Source of the DNA: Promethearchaeota archaeon
GTDB lineage: Archaea > Asgardarchaeota > Lokiarchaeia > Sigyniarchaeales > SOKP01
DNA length: 37,253 nucleotides
NCBI GenBank assembly: GCA_016839765.1
Contig: JAEOTP010000085.1
Location: 1-37,253, forward strand
Reading direction: 5' to 3'
Each line of letters starts with the position of its first letter. Positions within the stretch are counted from its first letter, which is position 1. The position numbers and the translations under genes are program-made. Below the pieces are notes generated by a model. It did no database searches and was not told where the DNA came from. It saw only the letters and a program-made list of their open reading frames with translations. Shown here piece after piece: positions 19,393-28,881 of this stretch.

Positions 19393-21105
19393 ATGACTGA
19401 AAAATTAGGTTCTTTTGTGTTAGTCTTACATTCTCACCTTCCATGGGTACTTAACCATGGAATATGGCCCCATGGTATGAGTTGGGTAAACGAGGCCGCA
19501 GCAGAAACATATATCCCTTTGTTGCAAGAATTATATAAGCTTATTGATGATGATTATCATCCAAAGTTGACAATTGGTATTACACCAGTATTATGTGAAA
19601 TGCTTAGGCATCCTGCTTTTATCGATGGATTTTTAGGTTATTTAGATGAAAGAGTTACGGGAGCTTTAAATGATTATGATGATTTTACAGAAAACAAATA
19701 CGAAGATGGTAGAATCAAATTAGCTAAATGGTGGGAGGAATTTTATGAACGTGTAAGAGATGATTTTCTTCATAAATTTAATAGAGATGTTATTGGAGGA
19801 TTTAAAAAACTTCAAGATGATGGATTGCTTGATATTATAACCTGTGGTGCAACACATGGATATGCTCCCTTACTTTCAAAAGATACATCTATAAACGCTC
19901 AATTTAAAACTGCTGTTGACAATTACGAAATGCATTTTGGGAGAAAACCAACAGGAGCATGGTTGCCAGAATGTGCCTATCGCCCAGGTTACCGATGGAG
20001 AAATCCTATTACTGATGAAGAGTATGACCGCCCTGGTATCGAATATTTTCTTGCCAAAAATGGTTTAAAATACTTTTTTGTGGATACTGCCCTTTTGTTA
20101 GGAGGAAAATCACAAGGTGTATATGCTGCAAGATTTCCACTTTTAAAAGAATTATGGAAACAATTTGCTGACCAATATGAAGAAATTCCTACTTCATTCG
20201 AAAAATCGCAATATGAAGCGTATTTAGTATCAACAGATCCATCAACTAAATCACCTGTAGCTTTTTTTACACGAGATGAAAAAACCGGAATTGTGGTATG
20301 GAGCGGCGAACATGGATATCCAGGTTGTGCTGAATATCTTGACTTCCATAAAAAACATTGGCCATCAGGAAACAAATATTGGAAGGTTACCAACGCAAAG
20401 CTTGACCTTGGAGCGAAGATGCTATATTGGCCCGATGATATTCCAAGAAAATTAGATGAAAATGCAGGCCATTATGTACAACTCATAAAAGATATTCTTC
20501 GGGATTATAGGGAAAAAAATGGTACTAACGGAATTGTAGTGGCACCTTATGACTGCGAACTCTTTGGACACTGGTGGTTTGAAGGAAATTGGTGGTTAGC
20601 AAGAGTTTTAAGGTGGGTTGAGGATGATCCAGCGGTTGAATTGACCAATACTAGATTATTTTTAGAAGAAAATCCACCTAATAAGGTTGTCCAAATCATC
20701 GAAGGGAGTTGGGGTCAAGCTTCAAGTCATTGGGTTTGGTTAAATGAGTGGACAACGTGGACATGGGAAAAAGTTTATGAATGTGAAGCTAAAAGTGAAG
20801 AAATCATGGCTAAATATAAGGATTCTTCAGATGAGCATTTGATTAAAATTTTAAAGCAAATGGCTAGAGAGTTACTACTGTTAGAAAGTTCAGATTGGCA
20901 ATTTTTAATAACAACTTGGTCAGCACGAGATTATGCTGAAAATCGAATTGCTCTACATTATGAAAATTTTAACAGATTATATGATATGGCTTCGAAATAT
21001 GGAAGTGGACAACATGTTGATGAAGGAGAATGGCATTTTCTTGGAACTCTTGAGGTTAATGATGGTATATTTAAAGATATAGATCTTAATCCATTTGCTA
21101 AATAA
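19393..21105 (+). CDS. GH57 1,4-alpha-glucan branching enzyme (with DUF1957)
   Basis: HSHLPWV, ETYIP, TCGATHGY, nucleophile in WLPECAY, acid/base in PYDCELFGHWWFEG, RELLLLESSDWQF. Confidence 0.95.
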   Translation: MTEKLGSFVLVLHSHLPWVLNHGIWPHGMSWVNEAAAETYIPLLQELYKLIDDDYHPKLTIGITPVLCEMLRHPAFIDGFLGYLDERVTGALNDYDDFTENKYEDGRIKLAKWWEEFYERVRDDFLHKFNRDVIGGFKKLQDDGLLDIITCGATHGYAPLLSKDTSINAQFKTAVDNYEMHFGRKPTGAWLPECAYRPGYRWRNPITDEEYDRPGIEYFLAKNGLKYFFVDTALLLGGKSQGVYAARFPLLKELWKQFADQYEEIPTSFEKSQYEAYLVSTDPSTKSPVAFFTRDEKTGIVVWSGEHGYPGCAEYLDFHKKHWPSGNKYWKVTNAKLDLGAKMLYWPDDIPRKLDENAGHYVQLIKDILRDYREKNGTNGIVVAPYDCELFGHWWFEGNWWLARVLRWVEDDPAVELTNTRLFLEENPPNKVVQIIEGSWGQASSHWVWLNEWTTWTWEKVYECEAKSEEIMAKYKDSSDEHLIKILKQMARELLLLESSDWQFLITTWSARDYAENRIALHYENFNRLYDMASKYGSGQHVDEGEWHFLGTLEVNDGIFKDIDLNPFAK

Positions 21106-21113
21106 TTAAAAAA

Positions 21114-21323
21114 TTACAGGCTAAATTCATGAATAGGGTAATCATAATTTCTACCCATAACTAATTTTATATCTTTCTTTTGCATATTATAAACCACCGA
21201 CCATTGAGTGCTAATTTGAGAAACGATTTCCAAAAGATTTAAGGCTTCAATTGGATCTATATTTCCTTCACTGTCACTTAAAACTGATTCACATGTAGTA
21301 TATCTGCTACATCCTTGTTTCGT
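21114..21323 (-). pseudogene. C-terminal remnant resembling an Ntn-hydrolase (linear amide C-N hydrolase/choloylglycine hydrolase-like)
   Basis: Manual translation: TKQGCSRYTTCESVLSDSEGNIDPIEALNLLEIVSQISTQWSVVYNMQKKDIKLVMGRNYDYPIHEFSL*. There is an in-frame stop at 21324-21326 and no N-terminal start. Confidence 0.65.
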
Positions 21324-21424
21324 TTATCCTGAAAAATATTTTAGGAAACTAATATAATTTTGTAGAAGTTTAGAGTTTAATGAAAGTTATAAATTAAAAG
21401 AAAAAAGAAGTAAATATTATATTA

Positions 21425-22825
21425 TTATACTATACCTAAATATTCCAAAGCCTTATTCTTGATCTTTTCCATCGTGACTGTATCTGTAGTTTCTTCTAAA
21501 TAATTGATTGTAAATGTAAGCCTTTCTGAGACAGTTACAGCAGAAATAACAAGCTCCATAAGTGGTGAGGCTGAAGTACAAAAGATAAAACGATCTAATT
21601 CCAATGGACCATATTTTGAGGGGTAATCTAATAGACCTAGATTAGTAATTGCTAAACCGGGTACTTTATCTATTTTCTTTCTTGTCATTTTATTAGCAAT
21701 ATTTTTTTTATCCATACTAAAAGAATGAATTTTTTCGTATCTACTGAAATTCGGAGGAACGAACTTACCAAGGAAACTGAATGACTGAGTTTCTGAGAGA
21801 GACTTATCAATAAGGCCCATAAGTGCAACCATTTTAAATACTTTATTAATCTTGAGCTTTTCTCTTACTTTTTCATTGAAAATCTTAGCATTCTCCCAAA
21901 AGTCTTTTTTTGGATTATAAGATAGTTCAAATTGAAATCCTGCAGCGTAGAGTCCAAAGTTTTCACCTACTGGTTTTATGTATCGTTTACGTGTGTTGAC
22001 AGGAATCAAGATATTTCGCCTTCCTCCTTTAAAATGTCCTCGAATATCGTAGCGTGCTGCAAGAAAAGCTGTGTTAAGAGCAGAATTAATAGATACTTTG
22101 TGTTGTCGACACGTTTCAAAAAGAGAAGATGTTTCTTCTTTAGTTAATTCCACTGAGATGACTTTAAAGTTGAAATTGTTCCAATATGCTCTAAAAAGAT
22201 TATCTACATCTTCGTCGTCAAAGATAACTTTGTTTTTCTGCCACATTTTGTTCATCTTATTAATTGCTGCCATTATCATTTTTCCAGGAGTGGTATCTGT
22301 AGGAAAATTTTCAGGAGTTGCTAAGGGTGGCTCAGGCATATCTTGTACCTCTCGATCGGGATCTCCAAGATATAATAATAGATCTCGTGCTAGAATTGCC
22401 AAGGATGTTCCATCACATATTATATGATGACAGGTGATGATAATTTCAGAAATTTCAGATGATTGCAATAATATAAAGCGAGCTAATGGTCCTTTTTCTA
22501 CTTTAAAACGGATTTTATACTCATCTAAGAGCTCTTGATACCAATGTTTTTCTGATTTACGTTGTACTACCTTTAATGGATTTTCAGAAACATTTTCCGA
22601 TGTAAACCAGGCATCGTAATTTTCATCAAGGTAAATCCGGACTCCTACTAAAGGGTGTTGTTGTCTTACTTTATTGAGTGCTTTTCTTAAATCCTCTTCA
22701 GCGACAAAACCTTTTAGTCTAGCAACTATAGAAATATTACTAAGAGCGACTCTAAAGAATCTCTTCTCATGAGGGACTAACTTCCTTTCAAATTTTTTAT
22801 ATTGAATTGTTTGAAGTTGTGTAAT
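21425..22825 (-). CDS. Condensation-domain/PapA5-like CoA-dependent acyltransferase; probable ATT start
   Basis: HHIICDG (HHxxxDG), 'PVNTR' and 'ITNLG'. The frame is open 119 codons upstream of 22468 and encodes 'FERKLVPHE...QQHPLVGVRI...GPLARF'; SD GAGGTG lies 7 nt before ATT. Confidence 0.88.
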   Translation of the reverse strand: MTQLQTIQYKKFERKLVPHEKRFFRVALSNISIVARLKGFVAEEDLRKALNKVRQQHPLVGVRIYLDENYDAWFTSENVSENPLKVVQRKSEKHWYQELLDEYKIRFKVEKGPLARFILLQSSEISEIIITCHHIICDGTSLAILARDLLLYLGDPDREVQDMPEPPLATPENFPTDTTPGKMIMAAINKMNKMWQKNKVIFDDEDVDNLFRAYWNNFNFKVISVELTKEETSSLFETCRQHKVSINSALNTAFLAARYDIRGHFKGGRRNILIPVNTRKRYIKPVGENFGLYAAGFQFELSYNPKKDFWENAKIFNEKVREKLKINKVFKMVALMGLIDKSLSETQSFSFLGKFVPPNFSRYEKIHSFSMDKKNIANKMTRKKIDKVPGLAITNLGLLDYPSKYGPLELDRFIFCTSASPLMELVISAVTVSERLTFTINYLEETTDTVTMEKIKNKALEYLGIV

Positions 22826-22850
22826 TTTTTGACACCTCTTAAAAAATGTT

Positions 22851-22955
22851 CTTTCATTGATCGTGAATTTTCATAATCAATGAAAGTCAATAAATAATAA
22901 ATGATTTAAGTATTTAAATATTTTCACCATTCATGAAATTTCACATTCTGTAAAA
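22851..22955. promoter_or_regulatory. Divergent promoter with four TTTCA-N7-TGAAA-type operator boxes in two tandem pairs
   Basis: Boxes at 22852-22868, 22869-22885, 22922-22938 and 22939-22955. The first pair has perfect 11-bp inverted arms CTTTCATTGAT/ATCAATGAAAG. TATA-like TTTAAATA lies between the pairs. Confidence 0.75.
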
Positions 22956-22993
22956 AGATTTTTATATTAGAAAAATGATAAGAACATTAAGAA

Positions 22994-24094
22994 ATGCCTA
23001 CAAAAAAAATTAATAATCATATCTACGACAAAAAGATTAGAGAATATGAGCAGCAAATCATAAATTTCATCGTAGAATCTGGAAAAAATAAAAGAAGATT
23101 TGACATAGAATCTCATGTGCTTGCTTACTTCTTATTGCGCGAAGGACAGTGGCTTACTCAAGATAATATTAGAGAATTATCACTAACATTTTATAAAAAG
23201 GAATCTAAAAAAGGTGTTTCAAAGGGTTCAATATCTAAAATTCTGAATATGTACGAACGATATCGAGTTTTAAAAAAAAGAAAAGTTGCAAATAAAAAGA
23301 ATGCTTTTGAATATTCGATGACAGAACCATACAATCAATTAATATTTTCTACCATAGAATATGGATTAGAGGAGATAGAGAAATATATTTCATTCTTTAG
23401 GATAAAATTGATTTCTTTAGAAGATATTAAACCCAAAATTAAAGAGGAAGAATTTCTAAAAGTTATTCTAATAGAAAGAGTGCAGGAATTGATAGATTTC
23501 TTTATTTTTCATAAGAATCTTTTTGAAAATAATCTAGGGACTACAAAAGAGAAAAAAGAAACCATAGTAAAATCAGTGGAAATAAACAAGATACAAACCA
23601 AAAAGTCAGTTAGCCATATTGAAAGTGATATTATTAAGTTTATATTAGATTGTCCACTATTCGTGATTGAAGAAACGAAATATGTCCCTATAATGGCTTA
23701 TTTCTTTACAAGGAAGAGATTAACTCAAGAAAAAATAAAAAAACTTACTGGTTTCTCTGCAGGAATGGTTTCTGAAGGAACAAATTATTTAATTAAAAAA
23801 CGATACATCAAGTTAGAAAAAGTTAGGGGAGTGAGAAAACGTTTTTATGAACTATCCTCAATTGCTTATTATAATTATCTAAGGTTTTATCGTCGTTTTA
23901 AATCAATATCCAAATTATATAGGAAATTGAATGAATTAAATAATGAATTAGAAAGAAAAAAGGAAGAATTAAAGAATATATATGGTTATACAAATATAAA
24001 AGAACGAGTTAAACAATTTTTAAATACTATGCCCTTGGTGGAAAAATTAATTGTATTATTTAGGGATGCAAAGGAAAAATTTAGAGAAGAATAG
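22994..24094 (+). CDS. Transcription regulator with two tandem GbsR/MarR-like winged-helix modules
   Basis: Internal duplication: 'VLAYFLL..LTQDNIRELS..SKGSISKILN' and 'IMAYFFT..LTQEKIKKLTGFSAGMVSEGTN', each followed by a wing and a coiled coil. Confidence 0.8.
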   Translation: MPTKKINNHIYDKKIREYEQQIINFIVESGKNKRRFDIESHVLAYFLLREGQWLTQDNIRELSLTFYKKESKKGVSKGSISKILNMYERYRVLKKRKVANKKNAFEYSMTEPYNQLIFSTIEYGLEEIEKYISFFRIKLISLEDIKPKIKEEEFLKVILIERVQELIDFFIFHKNLFENNLGTTKEKKETIVKSVEINKIQTKKSVSHIESDIIKFILDCPLFVIEETKYVPIMAYFFTRKRLTQEKIKKLTGFSAGMVSEGTNYLIKKRYIKLEKVRGVRKRFYELSSIAYYNYLRFYRRFKSISKLYRKLNELNNELERKKEELKNIYGYTNIKERVKQFLNTMPLVEKLIVLFRDAKEKFREE

Positions 24095-24101
24095 TATAAG
24101 T

Positions 24102-24548
24102 TTATCCATAACGTGGTAAATCTTTAGTTTCTTCAAAATATTTTTCAACTCCAATCTCTTTCATTCTAGTATTCATTTTTAACCATCTTTTTTTAAGATG
24201 CTGATCAAAATTCGTGTTTTCACAAGGAAATTCAGAGCATTGAAAACAAAAGTCGACACCTTTTTCTTTATAACAATTAATAACACCACAATTAGGATAC
24301 TTACAAATACCTTTTCGACAACCAAGGCAATCTCCTTGAGTAAGATAATGTAAAAGCTCTTTAAAATTTGGATAATTTTTAAAAACTGGAAGAAACTTAG
24401 AAAATCTTTCAGCATAAACATCAAAAGCTCCTAATAATCGTTGTAATTCCTTGCTATGTACTTTTATTTTCCCCTCTGTATATGCGAAACATTTTTTACA
24501 GCTTAGGCCACATGGCGCTAAAAAATTTAAGATTTCTTTATATTCCAT
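24102..24548 (-). CDS. DUF3795-like Cys-rich protein
   Basis: APCGLSCKKC, CLGCR, C...C...C and FCFQCSEFPC pattern. Confidence 0.85.
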   Translation of the reverse strand: MEYKEILNFLAPCGLSCKKCFAYTEGKIKVHSKELQRLLGAFDVYAERFSKFLPVFKNYPNFKELLHYLTQGDCLGCRKGICKYPNCGVINCYKEKGVDFCFQCSEFPCENTNFDQHLKKRWLKMNTRMKEIGVEKYFEETKDLPRYG

Positions 24549-24685
24549 ATTTCATCTCCAAAATTTCTAAATCAAAATTTAAATATAAAATTTTAGAACT
24601 TCAAATAAAAAAATCAAGAGATAGGTTTTTATGTTTTAAGAATTGAAATATATTTCAATAAATGAATATTTTGTATTGAGTGAAA

Positions 24686-25159
24686 ATGGAAAACAGTTTT
24701 AACTTAGTTTTTGGAAATCTGAAAATCCACCATATAAACTACATTTATCAGGATGCTGAAAAACATGCTAACATAATGGAATCGATATTTAAAATGCCTA
24801 AATTTGAATTTTCTGAAGATTTAGATCATCCTGCGATCTATCGCGGGAGAGATACGAAATTTTCAATTAAAATTGGAGTAAGTCGGTGTTTTAATACATC
24901 TGTAGAGATTTTTGAATGGATCAAGGGTGATTCTGTGTATAAAGAATTTGTAGATACCCAAAAAGAAGGGCTACATCATTTTGGAGTATTTGTTGAAAAT
25001 TTACAAGGATATATTGATTATTTACAAAAACAGGGAATAGAAGTAATCCAAACTGGTATGTTTCCACCTAGATTAAAGTATGCTTATATGGATACTGTAA
25101 AAATTTTTGGAGTGGTAATTGAGTTTATAGAAATAGTTAAACGGAAAAGTAGAAGTTAA
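24686..25159 (+). CDS. VOC/glyoxalase family protein (methylmalonyl-CoA epimerase-like)
   Basis: 'IHHI', 'VEIFE', 'EGLHHFGVFVE' and 'YMDT...GVVIEFIE'. Confidence 0.88.
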   Translation: MENSFNLVFGNLKIHHINYIYQDAEKHANIMESIFKMPKFEFSEDLDHPAIYRGRDTKFSIKIGVSRCFNTSVEIFEWIKGDSVYKEFVDTQKEGLHHFGVFVENLQGYIDYLQKQGIEVIQTGMFPPRLKYAYMDTVKIFGVVIEFIEIVKRKSRS

Positions 25160-25218
25160 CAATTCTATATCAACACTTACTTGAAAAATTTATATATCAT
25201 TAGATACAAAATTACAAT

Positions 25219-25926
25219 ATGGCGAATTACTGTGGGAAATGTGGTTCAGAAATTCAATCTAATTTAGAGATATGCCCTTATTGTGGTGATGAATTAAAGA
25301 ATCAATTACTCTCAAATGCATATGCTCAAGAACGCCCAATACCTCTAGAAATTTCCGATTTTGCCCCTGTTGAAATAACAGATTCAGGAAAAAAAACGTT
25401 TTACTGTATGATAGCAATTATTATTTGTCCAATTATAGTCATTAATGGGAGTGTTTTTTCTTTTGCATCAACAAGTGGTTATCCCGAACTGTCTTTAATG
25501 ATTTTTCTGTACGTTGATTTACCACTTATCGCGATATTTACACCGTTGTTATATTATTTTTACAAGCTGTATACCTCCACTTCAACAATTACTATTTCAA
25601 TAATTGGTATAGAATTTATACAATTTCCAAAGAGACACCCCTTCCAAGTAAATTGGTCGGATTTTGATACTGTAAATTTTAGAGTTAGCGGGACTAGAGC
25701 TATTCCTGATTCCACATTAACATCAACAAGACCCCTGATTAGAACTTTAAAAATTAAATTCTTGAGAGATCACCCTACACCCTATCGAGCAGGCATAAAG
25801 CATAAAATCTTTAGTGATGGAAAAGCTCAAGTAATACTTAATCAAATAATTTACTATGCGAAAAAGATGAATAAAACTATCATTACTAACCGAAGAACAA
25901 GAAGATATTACTCCCTACAAATTTAA
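25219..25926 (+). CDS. Zinc-ribbon membrane protein (N-terminal CxxC...CxxC, 2 TM, soluble C-terminal domain)
   Basis: YCGKCG...CPYCG, two hydrophobic helices, then a beta-rich domain with 'VNWSDF'. Confidence 0.75.
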   Translation: MANYCGKCGSEIQSNLEICPYCGDELKNQLLSNAYAQERPIPLEISDFAPVEITDSGKKTFYCMIAIIICPIIVINGSVFSFASTSGYPELSLMIFLYVDLPLIAIFTPLLYYFYKLYTSTSTITISIIGIEFIQFPKRHPFQVNWSDFDTVNFRVSGTRAIPDSTLTSTRPLIRTLKIKFLRDHPTPYRAGIKHKIFSDGKAQVILNQIIYYAKKMNKTIITNRRTRRYYSLQI

Positions 25927-25941
25927 GATTAGTCTAAAAAA

Positions 25942-27534
25942 TTAGTTAATCTTTCTAAAATAATCAATATTGATATCTTGGAAACACGAGTCTATAGACT
26001 CAATTTCTTCCAATTCATTTAGGTTTACTCTAGATTTATCACTAAAATCTTTTGCTGCCCAGATGAATTTATTAAATCTTTGATGGTGATGATGGAATCT
26101 TTGATTAGCATACTCTTTCGCTTGTTTTGTATAAAGAAGAAACGGCCAATCGCTGCCCTCTAATAATAGAAGTTCTCGAGCGATTTGTTGTAAAATTTTT
26201 TTTTCCCAATCATTGGGATTTGGATTCTGTTCCAGAACATTTTCAAACTCCTTGATTGATCCATTAATATATGGCCAGATCCAACCATGTTCGGGATTTT
26301 TCCACACCCTAAAATCACCACCCTCTCCCCAGCTACTTTTTCCCATTTCTATTATTGAAAATTGATCTCTAAATTTGGAAAGGTAATCTGAGATTGTAAT
26401 CAAACTAATATTATCATGTAAATTAAGTGATTCAAAAACTTTTTTTAACCAATTAACGCCTTCGCCCCACCAATGGCCATATAATTCAAAGTCTGTTGGT
26501 AAAACCACAATTCCCTTAAAGTTATATAATTTTGAAAAATCTTGTAATTCTTTTTCAATTAAAGAGATAAAATGATGAGCATGAGAGTCCAGAGTCTCAT
26601 TTGCTTTATCAATATAATAAAGCTGTTTTTCTTCCGTACTTATATTTTTACTAGTAATTCTCCAATAATGTAAACCTGATTCATGATCTTTCTTATGAAA
26701 TTCTCTATAGTATTCATTTCCAGGATATCCTATCTTAGCATCCCATACTTGGCTACTTGTTTCTTGATTACGCGCAAACACCGAAACGTCCGTTTTTAAA
26801 TTATATCCAAAGTTCACATTTAACCCAATTTCATTCTTTTGTTCTAAAATTTCAGCTTTCAAAATTCCATGGGAATCTATAAAGAAGTATTCAATTCCTG
26901 AATTATTTAACCAATAGTCAATACTTTCCCGCAATTTACCTTGGAAATATTGCTCTGGGCGATATGCACATTCTGGAAGCCAGATTCCTTTAGGATCTTG
27001 TTTGAAATACTTTTTATGAGTGTCTATTGCTACCTGAATTTGAGAAAAAATACCCGAATCACTCTCAATTAGCGGTAAAAACCCATGAGTGGCTGCACAT
27101 GTTATCAGTTCAATCATACCCTCATCTTGTAGCCATTTAAAACTCCCTAAAATATCTCTGTAATAGTTATGATAAAATGTCTCTAATACGTGATCAAAAT
27201 TTTTTAAATGAAATTCTGCTATTATCTTTCTTTTAGGGTGATTCTCAAACCGTTTAACATCATTTTTAGCTCTTGAAATTAAATTTTCCATATATTCTGT
27301 AAATTTTTGCTTCATGTATTCATCTGCAAGTTGTTCTGCTAAAATGGGGGTAACATTTATTGTAATGGCTGTTTTTATGCCATTTTCTTTTAGTTCTCTT
27401 AAAATATTTAACATAGGGATATATGTTTCATTCATGGCCTCCATGAGCCACTCCTCACCGGCAGGCCAAGTTCCAGATTTTTTACACCATGGTATATGCC
27501 CATGAAGGATTAAACCAAAATATCCAAGACTCAT
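25942..27534 (-). CDS. Second GH57 1,4-alpha-glucan branching enzyme (with DUF1957)
   Basis: HGHIPW, ETYIP, TCAATHGFLP, WLPECAY, TDFELYGHWWGEG, RELLLLEGSDWPF. Confidence 0.93.
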   Translation of the reverse strand: MSLGYFGLILHGHIPWCKKSGTWPAGEEWLMEAMNETYIPMLNILRELKENGIKTAITINVTPILAEQLADEYMKQKFTEYMENLISRAKNDVKRFENHPKRKIIAEFHLKNFDHVLETFYHNYYRDILGSFKWLQDEGMIELITCAATHGFLPLIESDSGIFSQIQVAIDTHKKYFKQDPKGIWLPECAYRPEQYFQGKLRESIDYWLNNSGIEYFFIDSHGILKAEILEQKNEIGLNVNFGYNLKTDVSVFARNQETSSQVWDAKIGYPGNEYYREFHKKDHESGLHYWRITSKNISTEEKQLYYIDKANETLDSHAHHFISLIEKELQDFSKLYNFKGIVVLPTDFELYGHWWGEGVNWLKKVFESLNLHDNISLITISDYLSKFRDQFSIIEMGKSSWGEGGDFRVWKNPEHGWIWPYINGSIKEFENVLEQNPNPNDWEKKILQQIARELLLLEGSDWPFLLYTKQAKEYANQRFHHHHQRFNKFIWAAKDFSDKSRVNLNELEEIESIDSCFQDINIDYFRKIN

Positions 27535-27601
27535 TGCAAGTAAACAAATATTAAATATTTATTATTAATAACTTTTTCCAAATAAAAGAGTATAATATAA
27601 A

Positions 27602-28750
27602 TTAAATTTGTTCTCCAAGCTCTATAGTTTTATCTCTTAATTCTTTATCATCGCTTATTTTACAATTTGGAGCAACAATTGTATTAAATAAAACTACGTT
27701 ATTTCCTATCTCACAGTTATCACAAATTATTGATTCAATGATTTTACATCCTGCTCCAATATTTACGTTATCCCATATGACACTTTTTTCTATGACTGAA
27801 TCCTCCCCAATTTTCACTTGATGACCTATTGAGGTTAATTCTTTAATTTTAACTCTGTTATAAAGCTCTACAGATTCTCCGAAGCATGTAGGTTTTTCTA
27901 TGGTTACATTCTGTCCTGAGTTAATTATGCCCATAACAAAGACATGATCATATTCCTCTCCATTTGGAGTAATTGGCCAAGCATATTTCCGTAGTAAGTC
28001 CCAATTTGCCCACTTATACGTCTGAGCATTTCCACAATCAAGCCAATAATAATTCTTTACATATCCATATAATTCGTAATTATTTTCGAGTAAGTACGGA
28101 AAAACCTCGCCTCCGAAGTCCATTACATTAGTCTCATGAAGTATATTTGCAATATCCTTTTTAAAGCAATAAATTCCAGTGTTTATAATATTGGTATGCA
28201 AAAATAAATCTGTTCTTTGTGCCATACTACTCAAATACAATTCCATAGGAGCAGGTTTTTCTAAAAATAAGTATATTTTCCTATTTTTATCTAATAATAC
28301 TACACCGTATTGACTCGTGTGGCTTTCACTTGTTTTCATTGAAATCGTAGCAATACCTCCTTTCTCCGAATGAAAATTCATAAAATCTCTCATTGGAAGA
28401 TTTGTCACTATATCGGCCATACTTACTACTATTTTATCAGAATCTATCTCATCAATTAGTAATCTGTAGGCATCTGCAGTACCCCTACTTTCTTGAACCC
28501 AACATTCTAATTCAACATCGCCTAACCTATCAGAGGTCCATGTTTGTTCGATGTGTTCTTTTATTAATTCTCCTTGCCATGCTAAAGCTAAAATAATGTG
28601 TTTAATATCGGCATAAATTAGATGTGCAATCGAATAATCTACCATTGGTTTATTTGTAACTTTCACTAATGGTTTAGGTACTAATGAAGTCAAAGGCATC
28701 AATCTTTTACCTTTACCACCAGCAAGTATTATAGCAGACCATTCTCTCAA
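27602..28750 (-). CDS. NDP-sugar pyrophosphorylase (mannose-1-P guanylyltransferase/GlgC-like) with left-handed beta-helix
   Basis: LAGGKGKRLMPLT...PKPL, GTAD, FLEKP, NTGIY, DFGGEVFP, YWLDCG and hexapeptide repeats; TTG start after GAGGA. Confidence 0.92.
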   Translation of the reverse strand: MREWSAIILAGGKGKRLMPLTSLVPKPLVKVTNKPMVDYSIAHLIYADIKHIILALAWQGELIKEHIEQTWTSDRLGDVELECWVQESRGTADAYRLLIDEIDSDKIVVSMADIVTNLPMRDFMNFHSEKGGIATISMKTSESHTSQYGVVLLDKNRKIYLFLEKPAPMELYLSSMAQRTDLFLHTNIINTGIYCFKKDIANILHETNVMDFGGEVFPYLLENNYELYGYVKNYYWLDCGNAQTYKWANWDLLRKYAWPITPNGEEYDHVFVMGIINSGQNVTIEKPTCFGESVELYNRVKIKELTSIGHQVKIGEDSVIEKSVIWDNVNIGAGCKIIESIICDNCEIGNNVVLFNTIVAPNCKISDDKELRDKTIELGEQI

Positions 28751-28881
28751 ATTGAATTCCTCAAAAAATTATCATAATTTATATAGGAACTAATAGATAT
28801 AAATCTAATTTTATTTGAAATTTAAAAGTTATTAAAATATTCTATTAAATTCTAGTTTAAAAGAATAAACAAGATCCAAAT

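Noticed and set aside
21114-25926. Accessory block as a bona fide mobile element
   Set aside because: No integrase or transposase, terminal repeats, target-site duplication or tRNA attachment site was seen.
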